From: Vicinamibacteria bacterium
GTDB lineage: Bacteria > Acidobacteriota > Vicinamibacteria > Marinacidobacterales > Marinacidobacteraceae
Direction of reading: 5' to 3'
NCBI GenBank assembly: GCA_964291235.2
Contig: OZ219816.1
Location: 928,001-992,000, forward strand
Length of the DNA stretch: 64,000 nucleotides
Positions 37,698 through 48,039 of the stretch are shown here, piece by piece (position 1 is the stretch's first letter; the number at the start of each line of letters is the position of its first letter). A program made the translations under genes and the position numbers. The notes under the pieces are model-generated. The model searched no databases. It was not told where the DNA came from and saw nothing but the letters and a program-made list of their open reading frames with translations.

Positions 37698-38951
37698 ATG
37701 GACATAGCCCGCGAAGGAGTCGCCGAGGGCCGCCGCCGGCGGCGCCTCGTGGTGGGCGCGCTCTCGGGTGGAGGGTTGGTGGCGGTGGTTGTCTTCGCGC
37801 TGCGGCTGGCGCCGGCGGCGCCGGCGGTGGACCGCGGGACGGTGTTCATGGACACCGTCCGCCGGGGAGAGATGTTGTTGAGCGTCCGGGGGCCCGGTTC
37901 GCTCGTGCCGGTAGAGGTTCGGCGGGTGGCCGCCGGGAGCTCCGGCAGGGTCGCCTCGGTGCACGTGCTCCCCGGAGTCCGCGTCGGAGCCGAGACGGTG
38001 ATTCTCACCCTCGAGAACCCCAGCCTCTCGCAGGAACTGACGGAGGCGGAACTGGACCTCGCGGCCGCGGAGGCGAATCTGGACGATCGGCGGGTCCAGT
38101 TGCGTCGCCAGGTGCTTAACCAGAGGTCGCTGCTCGCCTCCGTCGAGGCGGAAGCGCGTCAGGCGGCCCTCGATGCGGAGGCGGACGCCCAGATTCACGC
38201 CGAGGGAATCATAGGCCGGATCGAGCTCGAAGACAGCCAGGGTGCGGCCGAGGAACTGGGCACGCGAGCCCGGCATGAAGGCGAGCGGCTTCAACTCGCG
38301 GAGCAGGTCGCGGCGGCGGAAATGACTGCCGAGGAGGCGCGGGTGGCGCGACTGCGCGCCGTCTTCGATCTCAAGCGCGAGTTGGTGTCCCGGCTCGAGG
38401 TGCGCGCCGGCATCGCCGGCGTCGTCCAGGAGGTTTCCGTCGAGGCGGGCCAACAGGTGGCCGCGGGCGACAATCTCGCCCGGGTTGCGGAGCCCGCCCG
38501 CCTGAAGGCGGAACTCAGAATCGCGGAGGTCCAGGCGAAGGACATCGAGGTGGGGCAGGCGGCCCGGGTGGACACCCGGAACGGAATCGCGTCGGGGCGG
38601 GTCACCCGCGTGGAGCCGGCGGTTCGCGACGGCGCGGTCACGGTGGACGTTTCCTTTGCGGGCGAGCTGCCGCGCGGGGCTCGCAGCGATCTGTCGGTGG
38701 ATGGTCTCGTCGAGATCGCCCGCCTTGAGGACGTCCTGCACGTCGGCCGTCCCGCGTTCGGGCAGGAAGGCGATGCAGTGGATCTCTTCCGGCTGCTGGG
38801 CGACGGCGACGAAGCGGTGCGGGTGAGGGTGTTGCTCGGCAAGGCCTCGGTGAACACGGTGGAGATCCGCGAGGGCCTGGCCGAGGGCGATACCGTGATC
38901 CTCTCGGACACCTCGGCTTGGGAAGGACACGACCGCATCCGCCTGCGATGA
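37698..38951 (+). CDS. Efflux membrane fusion protein (MacA/HlyD-like adaptor)
   Basis: N-terminal TM helix, lipoyl-like halves around a coiled coil, GL..GD.VILSD end. Confidence 0.9.
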   Translation: MDIAREGVAEGRRRRRLVVGALSGGGLVAVVVFALRLAPAAPAVDRGTVFMDTVRRGEMLLSVRGPGSLVPVEVRRVAAGSSGRVASVHVLPGVRVGAETVILTLENPSLSQELTEAELDLAAAEANLDDRRVQLRRQVLNQRSLLASVEAEARQAALDAEADAQIHAEGIIGRIELEDSQGAAEELGTRARHEGERLQLAEQVAAAEMTAEEARVARLRAVFDLKRELVSRLEVRAGIAGVVQEVSVEAGQQVAAGDNLARVAEPARLKAELRIAEVQAKDIEVGQAARVDTRNGIASGRVTRVEPAVRDGAVTVDVSFAGELPRGARSDLSVDGLVEIARLEDVLHVGRPAFGQEGDAVDLFRLLGDGDEAVRVRVLLGKASVNTVEIREGLAEGDTVILSDTSAWEGHDRIRLR

Positions 38952-38997
38952 GCGATCAAGACCGCCGCGCATCCCCCGGCGCCGCGCCCGGAATTCG

Positions 38998-39711
38998 ATG
39001 AACAACCCGACCACGAAAGGAGAACCCGTGCCCGACCCCGTCATTCAGTTGAGCGGAATCAACAAGATCTTCTATACCGACGAGGTGGAAACCCATGCGC
39101 TCTCCGAGGTCAGCCTGAGCTTTGCTGCCGGCGACTACGTGGCGATCTCGGGACCTTCGGGGTGCGGAAAATCAACGCTTCTTTCGATTCTGGGCCTCCT
39201 CGACACGCCCAACGGCGGGGAATACCTGCTGAATGGCCGTTCGGTGGCGAATCTCGGGCTGACGGAACGCGCCCGCATCCGCAACCGGGAGGTGGGATTC
39301 ATCTTCCAGGCGTTCAACCTCATCGGCGACCTCACCGTGTACGAGAACGTGGAGTTGCCGCTCGTGTACCGGGGAACTCCGGGCGCCGAGCGAAAGCGGC
39401 GCACCCTCGACGCACTCGAACGGGTGGGGATGTCGCACCGGCGCAAGCACTTTCCGTCGCAGCTCTCTGGAGGCCAGCAGCAGCGGGTCGCCGTCGCGCG
39501 GGCCGTCGTGGGAGATCCTTCCATCCTGCTCGCGGACGAACCGACGGGAAACCTGGATTCGCAAAACGGCACCGAAGTCATGGACATGCTCGACTCCCTC
39601 CATCAGGGAGGAGCGACCATCTGCATGGTGACCCACGACCCGCGCTATGCCGACCGGGCCGACCGCACGATTCACCTGTTCGACGGGCGCATCGTGTCGG
39701 AGCCCGTCTGA
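38998..39711 (+). CDS. ABC transporter ATP-binding protein (MacB/LolD type)
   Basis: [31 protein letters not shown]; start could be GTG 39028. Confidence 0.95.
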   Translation: MNNPTTKGEPVPDPVIQLSGINKIFYTDEVETHALSEVSLSFAAGDYVAISGPSGCGKSTLLSILGLLDTPNGGEYLLNGRSVANLGLTERARIRNREVGFIFQAFNLIGDLTVYENVELPLVYRGTPGAERKRRTLDALERVGMSHRRKHFPSQLSGGQQQRVAVARAVVGDPSILLADEPTGNLDSQNGTEVMDMLDSLHQGGATICMVTHDPRYADRADRTIHLFDGRIVSEPV

Positions 39712-39759
39712 GGCGAGGCCTCGGTACGCCTTTCGGCGTGGGCTCGTAGAATCCCGGCC

Positions 39760-41652
39760 ATGGGTCGGCTCGACGCTCGGGCGGTTTCCGGCGAGGAGCT
39801 TCGCCGGTTCGAGAAGCGGCTGTTCGAGGACCTCCGCAAGCTGGAGACGATGATCGGGGAGGGACGGATCGAGGAGGGCGTCTATCGGGTCGGGGTCGAG
39901 CAGGAGATGTTCCTGATCGGGGATGGGAATCGCCCGGCGCCGATGGCGATGGAGGTCCTGAAGGAACTGAACGACCCTTCCTTCACCACCGAGATCGCCC
40001 GCTTCAACCTCGAGGCGAACCTGGAACCGCTGATGATGTCGGGCGACGTCCTGTCGCGGACCGAAAAGCGCCTTGAAGAAGTCATGGGCGCGGCCGCCGA
40101 CGCCGCGCGGCGGGTGGGCGTGGATGTGTGCCTGACCGGCATCCTCCCGACGCTCCGGCTGTCCGACATGACCCTCGACAACATGACGCCGCTCTCGCGC
40201 TACCGGGTCCTGAACGACGCGCTGAACCGGCTTCGGGGGTACGAGCCCTACCACCTCCACATGTCGGGAGCCGACGAGATCCACACCACCCACGACAACG
40301 TGATGCCGGAGGGGTGTAACGCCAGCTTCCAGATTCACCTGCAGGTCGGCGCCAGCGAGTTCACCCGCCTCTACAACCTGGCGCAGCTCGTTACCGCCCC
40401 GATCCTCGCCTGCTCTCCCAATTCGCCGCTGCTCTTCGGACGCCGGCTCTGGCGTGAGACCCGGATCGGACTCTTCCAGCAGAGCCTCGATACGCGAGGC
40501 GCCCGCGCCACCGAGCGCCAGCGGACGGCGCGGGGCGCGTTCGGCCAGGACTGGATCACTGGCGGAGTTCTGGAAATCCTGCGGGAAAACGTCACGCACC
40601 ATTCGGTTCTGCTCGATGCTGGGGAAGAACCCGACGCCGACGAGGACCCGCCGCGCCTGTCCGCGCTGGCGCTCCACAACGGCACTGTCTGGCGCTGGAA
40701 CCGGCCGTGTTACGGCATCACCGACGGCAAACCCCACCTGCGCATCGAGAGCCGGTACCTGCCCTCCGGGCCGACCATCCCGGACGAGGTGGCGAACATG
40801 GCCCTGTGGCTCGGTTTGATGAGTGCGCTCGCGGGCGAGGGCATCGAGCCCCAAGAGGTCATGCCGTTCGCCGATGTCTCCGAGAACTTCCTGGCCGCCA
40901 GCCGGCTGGGGCTGAAGGCCGAACTGACCTGGCTCGACGGGAAGCACTGGCCCGTCCGCGACCTGCTGCTCGAGGAGCTTCTGCCGAGGGCGCGGGAGGG
41001 ACTCGCCCGGAAGCAGGTGAGCCCACGCGATGTGGACCACTACATCGGCATCGTCGAAGAGCGCGTTCGCACCGCCCGTTCCGGAGCGCGCTGGATGCTC
41101 GAGGGCTATGAAGCCCTCCGTACGCAGGCCTCACTCCTGGAGCGGCTGAGCGCCATCACCGGCGCCGCCCGGCGCCAGCAGGGAGCCGGGATTCCGGTTG
41201 CCCGCTGGGAATTGCCGACCCTGAGCGACTCCGGTGGCTGGAAGCATCACTACCTCCGGGTTGACCAGTTCATGACGCGGGACATCCTTACCGTCCATCC
41301 CGACGAATCCGTGCGCCGGGCGGCCATCCTCATGGACTGGGGCCGCATCCGGCACGTCCCGGTGGAGGAGAACGAGCAACTCGTCGGGCTCGTCTCCTAC
41401 CGGACGATCATCAAGCTGGTCGCGGAGAGCACGCTGGACGAGGACGAGTTCCTCTCCGTGCGCGAGGTGATGAAGAAGGATCCGATCAGCATTCCACCCT
41501 CGACGCCGTCGATGGACGCGATCCGCCTCATGAATGCCAAGGGCGTGGGATCGCTTCCCGTGGTGGAGGACGGCCGGCTGGTGGGCATCGTGACCGAGCA
41601 CGACTTCACCCTCATCGCCCGCGGCCTGCTCGAGGAAAAACTCGCCGAATAG
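39760..41652 (+). CDS. Glutamate-cysteine ligase (GCS2)-like carboxylate-amine ligase fused to two CBS domains
   Basis: GVEQEM, TEIARFNLEAN, SFQIHLQV, NSPLLFG, WRWNRP, RIESRYLPSGPT; C-terminal CBS pair. Confidence 0.87.
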   Translation: MGRLDARAVSGEELRRFEKRLFEDLRKLETMIGEGRIEEGVYRVGVEQEMFLIGDGNRPAPMAMEVLKELNDPSFTTEIARFNLEANLEPLMMSGDVLSRTEKRLEEVMGAAADAARRVGVDVCLTGILPTLRLSDMTLDNMTPLSRYRVLNDALNRLRGYEPYHLHMSGADEIHTTHDNVMPEGCNASFQIHLQVGASEFTRLYNLAQLVTAPILACSPNSPLLFGRRLWRETRIGLFQQSLDTRGARATERQRTARGAFGQDWITGGVLEILRENVTHHSVLLDAGEEPDADEDPPRLSALALHNGTVWRWNRPCYGITDGKPHLRIESRYLPSGPTIPDEVANMALWLGLMSALAGEGIEPQEVMPFADVSENFLAASRLGLKAELTWLDGKHWPVRDLLLEELLPRAREGLARKQVSPRDVDHYIGIVEERVRTARSGARWMLEGYEALRTQASLLERLSAITGAARRQQGAGIPVARWELPTLSDSGGWKHHYLRVDQFMTRDILTVHPDESVRRAAILMDWGRIRHVPVEENEQLVGLVSYRTIIKLVAESTLDEDEFLSVREVMKKDPISIPPSTPSMDAIRLMNAKGVGSLPVVEDGRLVGIVTEHDFTLIARGLLEEKLAE

Positions 41653-41669
41653 TCGAGCCGGGCGCGGAG

Positions 41670-44600
41670 CTACTGCGGTTCGCCGCTTTCGGTAGGTACC
41701 ACGGGCGGCAACCCCGCCTCGGATAGCTGGTCGTTGAAAGCGTCGAGTTCGTCGCCGGTGAGCTGGCGAAGCATCTGCCGCGTCTCGGCGAGTTCCTGCT
41801 CGTAGAGCGACAGCACTTCGAGGTGCTGGTCGGTGGGCTGGTGGTCGCTGCCGCCGATGTAACCGTGCAGGCTGCTCAACTTGGCGTGGAGTCGCCGGGG
41901 CCAGCGGAGGGTGTCCTGGCCGGCGTTTCCTCCGGTCAGCCGCAGCTCGAAAAACCGCGCCTCGAGTTCCATGAGGGCGCTGTCGTATTCCCCGGCAGCG
42001 ACCTCCACGCTCGCTGCGACCGCCGTGCCGAGGGCGCGGCGGTCCAGGGTCTGCCTCCGGAGCCACTCGATTTCCTCGATCATCGCTCCCACTTCGCGAA
42101 CCATCTCCTGGATCCACAGCAGGGTCTCCACCTGTCCGGGAATCTGCGCTCCGAGATCGGGCGCTTCGGGATCGGCGTGGACGGTCAGGGGCTGCTCGAA
42201 GGACTCCTCGCCGAGGTTCAGACGGACCGTGTACGTCCCCGGGGCGAGCAGGGTGGAGACCGGCCGGGACTCGGTCAGCAGCCGAAATCCGCGTGCGGGC
42301 AGGACCTGGTGGTGGCTGTCCAGCGGGGGAGTCCGGAGGCGCGGCCGGCGCGTGGGTTCGTTCCGGAGGTTCCAGACGACGCGATGGAGTCCGGCCTGGC
42401 CGCCGCCTTCAAGCGTGCGCACGATCTCGCCCGCGGGGTCCACGATCTCGACCGACACCCCGCTCGGCTGGTCCTCGGCGAGCCGGTAGTGGATCGTGGC
42501 CCCGTAGGGCGGGTTCTCTCCGGCGCCCGGATCCTCGGGCTGGCTCATCGGGGTCGGCCGCATCCGGAAACGCCACGCCTCCCGGGGGACAAACAGGTGC
42601 GTCGGGGCGCCCCCGGCCGCCGCCGTCCACTCTCGCAGGGGGGTGATGTCGTCGAGGATCCAGAACCCGCGGCCGTAGGTCGCGGCGACCAGGTCGGAGA
42701 AGCGCTCCTGGATGGTGAGCCAGTGCACCGGGGCGTGGGGCAGGTTGGACTGCAGTGATTCGAAGGTCTCGCCGTCGTCGAAGGAGACGTGGACGGCGTT
42801 CTCCGTTCCCAGGAACAGCAGCCCGGGACGTACCGGATCCTCACGCAGCGTGTGTGCGTAGCTGTGCGTGTGCTGGGGCAGATCCTGCCCGAGCTGTCGC
42901 CAGGTCGCTCCGAAGTCCTCCGTCTTGTACGCGTAGGTGTTCGTGTCGCCGACCTGGTGAAGGTCCACTGTCGCGTAGGCGGCGCCGGCAGCGTGCCGCG
43001 AGGGCTCGATGTTGCTGAAGGTGCCGAGGGCGGGGAGCTCCGGCAGGTTCTGTGAGACGTCGTTCCAGGATTCTCCAGCGTTTCGGGACACGTGGATCTT
43101 GCCGTCGTTGCTGCCGGCCCACAGCACTCCGGCGGTGTGGGGCGATTCCGCCAGCGAGAACAGAACTGCCGCGTAGGTCGGGCTCACGTCGTCGAAAGTG
43201 AGGCCGCCGGTCTTCAGTTGCAGGTCCGGGTCGTCCGTCGTCAGGTCCGGGCTGATCACCTCCCAGCTCTGGCCGGCGTCTTGAGTGACGTGCACCCGCT
43301 GACTGCCGGCATACACCCGGTCGGAATCGTGGGGGGAGATGTGGATCGGAAACGTCCACTGGAAACGGTCCCGGAGCTCGCCGGCCGCCCAACCCTCCGG
43401 ATTGTCGGGCCAGACGCTGACGTTCCGCGCCTGTCCGGTGCGGTCCTCGTAGCGCTCGAGGATGCCTTCGAAGCAACCGGACCAGATGACGCCGGCGTCG
43501 GCCGGATCCGGGACCGCGAATCCCGATTCGCAGCCGCCCACCGGAGCCCAGGCGCCGATCGGAATGCCGCCGCCGGTGAGACTGTTGGACGGGCCGCGCG
43601 AGGAGGGTCCGTCCTGGCGGTTGCCCATGACCCGGTAGGGAATCCGGTTGTCCGTATAGACGTGGTACATCTGGGCGATGGGCAGGCGCGGGCGCTGCCA
43701 GGTCTCTCCACGGTTCGTGGAGATGCTCACCCCCCCGTCGTGGCCCACGATCATCCGGTCGGGCTGGTCCGGCGCGATCCACATGTCGTGGTGGTCGCCT
43801 CCCGAGTTGTTCAGGAAGGTCGTCAGTCCGCCATCGGTCGTCGTGGTGTGCCGGGTAGCCAGGAAGTGCGCCTCGTCGCGGTCGTCGGGGGCCGCCACCA
43901 CGCGGGTGTAGTAGTGGGGCCGCTGCATCAGGGTGTGGTCCCGGCTCGCGAGCTGCCAGTTGTCCCCGCCGTCCTCCGACCGCCAGAGGACGCCGTCCTG
44001 TTCGTCGAGCGGCGCGAACGCCGCGTTCGAGCTGGTTTCGATGAGCGCGTAGATGCGTCGCGGGTCATCCGCGGTCAGCGAGAGCGCGACCTTGCCCCAG
44101 GGCCGCTCCGGGAGGCCGTGCCCCTCGAGCCGCTCCCAGGTGCTTCCGCCGTCCTTGCTCCGGAAGATGCCGCTCCCCGGGCCGCCGCTCTCCCGGCCCC
44201 AGGTCCACATCCGCATCTGCCACATCCCGGCAAACAGCAACGCCGGATTCGCCGGGTTGATCACGATCTCCGAGGCGCCGGTGTTCTCGTCCACGAAGAG
44301 CACGCGTTCCCAGGTTTCCCCGCCGTTCGTCGTCTTGAAGACCCCGCGCTCCTCCTGCGGGGCGTACAGGTGGCCGAGCGCCGCTACCCAGGCGACGTCC
44401 GGATCCGCCGGATGAGTGACGATTCGCGAGATCCTGCCGGTGGCTTCGAGTCCGGTGTGCGTCCAGTTCGCACCGGCGTCGGTCGAGCGATACACCCCGT
44501 TGCCGAGGGAGACGTTGCTCCGGATGTGGGCTTCGCCGGTGCCCACCCACACCACGTTCGGGTCAGCGGTGGAGACCGCGATCGCCCCGACCGAAAGGAC

Positions 44601-44840
44601 CGGCTGGTCGTCGAAGATCGGCGTCCAGTGGATCCCGCCGTCACTGGTCTTGAAGACGCCGCCGGACGCGGCGCCGAAGTAGTAGGTGTTCGGATCCCCG
44701 GGGATGCCGTACACGGCTGACACCCGGTTCCCGACGGGACCGATGTGCCTCCAGCGGAGCGCGTCGAACCGGCCTTCGGCGGCGAACGAGGCGGCGCCGC
44801 CAAGGAGCAGAAGGGCTGAGAGCAGGGCAGGGGTGCGCAT
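41670..44840 (-). CDS. VPS10/sortilin-like BNR-repeat exported protein (glycosyl-hydrolase-like)
   Basis: WRHIGP, many S/TxDGGxxW Asp-box repeats, signal peptide; start at 44840 or 44864. Confidence 0.88.
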   Translation of the reverse strand: MRTPALLSALLLLGGAASFAAEGRFDALRWRHIGPVGNRVSAVYGIPGDPNTYYFGAASGGVFKTSDGGIHWTPIFDDQPVLSVGAIAVSTADPNVVWVGTGEAHIRSNVSLGNGVYRSTDAGANWTHTGLEATGRISRIVTHPADPDVAWVAALGHLYAPQEERGVFKTTNGGETWERVLFVDENTGASEIVINPANPALLFAGMWQMRMWTWGRESGGPGSGIFRSKDGGSTWERLEGHGLPERPWGKVALSLTADDPRRIYALIETSSNAAFAPLDEQDGVLWRSEDGGDNWQLASRDHTLMQRPHYYTRVVAAPDDRDEAHFLATRHTTTTDGGLTTFLNNSGGDHHDMWIAPDQPDRMIVGHDGGVSISTNRGETWQRPRLPIAQMYHVYTDNRIPYRVMGNRQDGPSSRGPSNSLTGGGIPIGAWAPVGGCESGFAVPDPADAGVIWSGCFEGILERYEDRTGQARNVSVWPDNPEGWAAGELRDRFQWTFPIHISPHDSDRVYAGSQRVHVTQDAGQSWEVISPDLTTDDPDLQLKTGGLTFDDVSPTYAAVLFSLAESPHTAGVLWAGSNDGKIHVSRNAGESWNDVSQNLPELPALGTFSNIEPSRHAAGAAYATVDLHQVGDTNTYAYKTEDFGATWRQLGQDLPQHTHSYAHTLREDPVRPGLLFLGTENAVHVSFDDGETFESLQSNLPHAPVHWLTIQERFSDLVAATYGRGFWILDDITPLREWTAAAGGAPTHLFVPREAWRFRMRPTPMSQPEDPGAGENPPYGATIHYRLAEDQPSGVSVEIVDPAGEIVRTLEGGGQAGLHRVVWNLRNEPTRRPRLRTPPLDSHHQVLPARGFRLLTESRPVSTLLAPGTYTVRLNLGEESFEQPLTVHADPEAPDLGAQIPGQVETLLWIQEMVREVGAMIEEIEWLRRQTLDRRALGTAVAASVEVAAGEYDSALMELEARFFELRLTGGNAGQDTLRWPRRLHAKLSSLHGYIGGSDHQPTDQHLEVLSLYEQELAETRQMLRQLTGDELDAFNDQLSEAGLPPVVPTESGEPQ

Positions 44841-44882
44841 GGTCAACCGCAGAGTTTCCCGCATCCCACCGGATGCGCCTGC

Positions 44883-45783
44883 CTAGCGCTCGCCCTCGTA
44901 GGTGTCGGGACCGGTGAAGGTCACCCGGTACATCAGCCGGGCCTGGCGCTCGTCGAAGGGCGAGCCCGCGTGCATCGATTAGGGAGGCCGAGCGGTTGTC
45001 CCAGACCGCGACATGGGCTCCGCCCGGGCGCCACTGCCAGGCGACGGCGAAATCGGGGCCGGTGGCGTGGGCCAGCAGTTCGGACAGCAGGTCTCTGGTC
45101 TCCGCTTCTTCGAGGCCCGTTACGGATTCGATGTGGCAGTCCGGAATCAGCAGCGCCCGGCGCCCGGTTTCCGGATGGCGGACGGCGAGCGGCCGCACCA
45201 CGGGGGGATGAGCACGCCGAACCTCCAGGGGCATCTCCCGCCGGTGGGGATTGTCCCGGCGGAGCCGGTCGTCGAGGAAGGCGTACGAGTGGACCGCGAA
45301 CCGCCCTTCGATTCGCTCGCGCAGGCGGGCGGGCAGCGCCTCGTAGGCATGCGCCATCCCTGCGTACCAGGTGCCGCCGCCGGTCTCCGGGTGGGTCCGG
45401 CAGTGGAAGATGGACCCGGCCGGCTGTGGGTGACGAAAGCTGTCGTCAGTGTGCCAGAGGATGTCTCCCGGTTCGGCGCGGACGAAGAGGGCCCGGTACT
45501 TGCCGTCCCGGTAGAGGTTGCCCAGCCTGAGGATCTCGGGATACCCCGGCAGCAGGAAGTCGGGGTCGTACTTCTCGTTCTTCTCCAGCGGCCCGAATGC
45601 CCGGCAGAAGCGGAGGAAGTCCTTCGGACAGAGCGCCTCCCCCGTGCGCAGCACCAGCAGCCCGCCCGAGTCGAGCCAGAGGTCACGGAGGCCGGCGAGG
45701 TGGTCGTCCGAGGCTTCCGCCAATGAGAACCCTTCCACGACGCGCCCGAACCCGGACGGAGTGATCGCCTCGGACCGCACCAC
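44883..45783 (-). pseudogene. TauD/TfdA Fe(II)/2-oxoglutarate dioxygenase, frameshifted
   Basis: WHTD, HPETGR and WDNRS in one frame; MHAGSPFDERQARLMYRVT...ER* continues in another frame after 10 extra bases at about 44979-44988. Confidence 0.82.
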
Positions 45784-45815
45784 ACGGTCCGGCGGCGCCG
45801 CCGTCGAAGGCAGGC

Positions 45816-47252
45816 TCAGCCTCCGTGCGGCAAGCGGTCCGGCATGTCGGCCAGGACGAAACCAAGAACGGCGAGCATGCCCACGGCGCGGCGGAAGTGG
45901 TCCGGGTCCACCTTGTCGAGCGTGTCCGATTCGGTGTGGTGCCAGTCGAAGTAGTGCTCGCCCACCGTACGGAAACCGATCCCCGGCACCCCGTCGGCCA
46001 TAAGCGGCCGGATGTCCGCGCCGCCGCCTCCCCGCGTCATCGCGTCGGCGTCGATCGCCGAGAAGAGACTTCCGATGGGGCGCAGGAGCGCGAGCGCTTC
46101 CTCGTAGGCGGCGGCGGCTTCCGGGCCGTCGCCTACCCAGGGTAGTCCGATCCCGAATCCCACCGGGCGCTCGTTTCCACCGTCCATCTCGATGGCCGCC
46201 ACGTGGTCCTGGATCCCGTCGCCCACGAAATCCCGATACGCCTCCCCGCCACGCAGTCCGTTTTCTTCGTTCGTCCAGAGCACGACCCGCAGTGTGCGCC
46301 GCGGCCGGAGTCCGAGCCGCCGAAGGATGGTCAGGCCGTGCCAGGCGGCGATGCAGGCGGCGCCGTCATCGTGCACGCCGTGCCCCACGTCCCACGAGTC
46401 GTAGTGACCTCCCATCACCACCACTTCATCGGGCAGTTCGCTGCCGGTGATCTCCGCCATGACGTTGTGGGAGAGGGCGTCGGGAAGGGTCTCGGCCTCC
46501 AGCTCCAGGCGGATCTCGATGGACTCGCCGAGATCGTCGAGCCGGCGGAGCCGCTCCGCGTCCTCGACGGTGAGAGCCGCCGTCGGGATCTTCGGTACTC
46601 CCTCCTCGTAGCGCATGTTGCCGGTGTGAGGGGTGGTGAGGCTCCTCCCGGTCGCCGAGCGGGTGAGGCTCGCTATGGCTCCCTGGGCGGCGGCGCGGCT
46701 CGCCCCCATCCTCCGGTAGGCCCCGGTTCCGCCGTAACCGGTCCAGGGAACGGCCCAGACGACGATGCGGCCCTCGACCGCTTCCCGGGGCATCGCCGCC
46801 AGTTCCTCGAACGAGCGGGCGACCACGACCGGAGCAGTGATTCCTTCGGGCGGGGTCGCGACGCTCCCCCCCAGGGCGAGGATGGGCAGGTCGTCCTCCA
46901 TGGGGGTGAGCAGCGTTGCCCGCGCCCGTCCCCGAACCCAGTGGGGAACCATGACGTCCTGGAGGTGGACCCGGTCCAGTTCTTCCTCGCGCATGGTGTC
47001 CGCTGCCCACTGGATGGCGCGTTCGAGGCCGGCGGACCCGCTCAGTCGATGCCCGATGCGGAGCGCCAGGTGCTCAAGCTTCGCCCAGCCGTCCACGTCG
47101 GTGAGCGCCGCACCCAGGATCTGCCCGGCGGTCTCCCGGTAGCGATCGGCGAGTTCGTGCCGGTCGCCGGGATACGTGGGAGGGTCGGGTGGCTGGGCGC
47201 CGGCCGCCGGCGCAATCAGCGTCGCGGCCAACAGAAGGAGAAGGCTCCGCAT
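45816..47252 (-). CDS. M28 metallopeptidase (carboxypeptidase Q-like), exported
   Basis: RLSGS, PA domain, GGHYDSWD, DDG, NEENGLRG, EMD, HHTESD. Confidence 0.92.
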   Translation of the reverse strand: MRSLLLLLAATLIAPAAGAQPPDPPTYPGDRHELADRYRETAGQILGAALTDVDGWAKLEHLALRIGHRLSGSAGLERAIQWAADTMREEELDRVHLQDVMVPHWVRGRARATLLTPMEDDLPILALGGSVATPPEGITAPVVVARSFEELAAMPREAVEGRIVVWAVPWTGYGGTGAYRRMGASRAAAQGAIASLTRSATGRSLTTPHTGNMRYEEGVPKIPTAALTVEDAERLRRLDDLGESIEIRLELEAETLPDALSHNVMAEITGSELPDEVVVMGGHYDSWDVGHGVHDDGAACIAAWHGLTILRRLGLRPRRTLRVVLWTNEENGLRGGEAYRDFVGDGIQDHVAAIEMDGGNERPVGFGIGLPWVGDGPEAAAAYEEALALLRPIGSLFSAIDADAMTRGGGGADIRPLMADGVPGIGFRTVGEHYFDWHHTESDTLDKVDPDHFRRAVGMLAVLGFVLADMPDRLPHGG

Positions 47253-47288
47253 GGGCGCCGAATCATAGGAGAGGCGGCGCCTCGCGAC

Positions 47289-48020
47289 CTACTTCCAGGT
47301 CACCTCCATCGCAAAGAAGTGATCGAACACTTCGCGGCCCGGATGGTTCGCGTCGTTTGTCTCGGGACTCCGGATATAGAAGTCGAGTTGTTGCGCCGCC
47401 GGGTTCACCGCCCCCGCCGGAGAATCGCCGGTCTTCGGGAGAACGGCCAGCGTCTCCCGGTCGCGCATGCCCTGGGTCACCATGAAGTGGATCTGGTAGT
47501 CCTCGTAGAGCGGCTCGCCGTTCAGAGTGGCGGAGCCCGTGCCCCAGCCGGCGACGTAGAGGAGGCTCTTGGGCCAGTTGGCGTCGCCGCAACCGGAGTC
47601 CCCATGCTCGTAGAGGAAGGCGGCGATGCCGCCGTCCTGGCAGGGGTTGAACTCCACGATCTCCTCGAGTTCGACCACGTAGGTTCCTTCCGGCACTTCC
47701 AGTTCCGCGCGGAAGGTTCCGGTGTTGTCGATCTCGTTCACGTCAATTTCGATGGTCCCGCCTACCTCGCGGAGATTCGAAGCGTCGTCGCCCATGTGGT
47801 CCCAGGGACTCTCGTCGTTCAGAGTGCCCGCCTGGAAGACGCGACTTCCCGTCAGGACGAAGCGCCCGTCGTAGAGGTCGTGCTGGCCGGGCGCGTAGAT
47901 CCCGAGCTGCACCCCGGGCTGGGATCCGGGAACGCTGGACGCGGGTTGAGGATCCGGTTCGGGCGCCGCACACGCCCAGCCGATGGCGACCCCCGCTCCG
48001 ATCAGAACAAGGGGCCGCAT
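47289..48020 (-). CDS. Hypothetical lipoprotein
   Basis: Lipobox-like GWAC; acidic, beta-rich sequence; fits the operon spacing. Confidence 0.75.
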   Translation of the reverse strand: MRPLVLIGAGVAIGWACAAPEPDPQPASSVPGSQPGVQLGIYAPGQHDLYDGRFVLTGSRVFQAGTLNDESPWDHMGDDASNLREVGGTIEIDVNEIDNTGTFRAELEVPEGTYVVELEEIVEFNPCQDGGIAAFLYEHGDSGCGDANWPKSLLYVAGWGTGSATLNGEPLYEDYQIHFMVTQGMRDRETLAVLPKTGDSPAGAVNPAAQQLDFYIRSPETNDANHPGREVFDHFFAMEVTWK

Positions 48021-48039
48021 CGGCCGTGTCTCCGGGTGG

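Noticed and set aside
44641-44882. Extended C-terminus of the 380-aa TauD ORF
   Set aside because: Product of the frameshift; overlaps the VPS10 gene start and lacks family motifs
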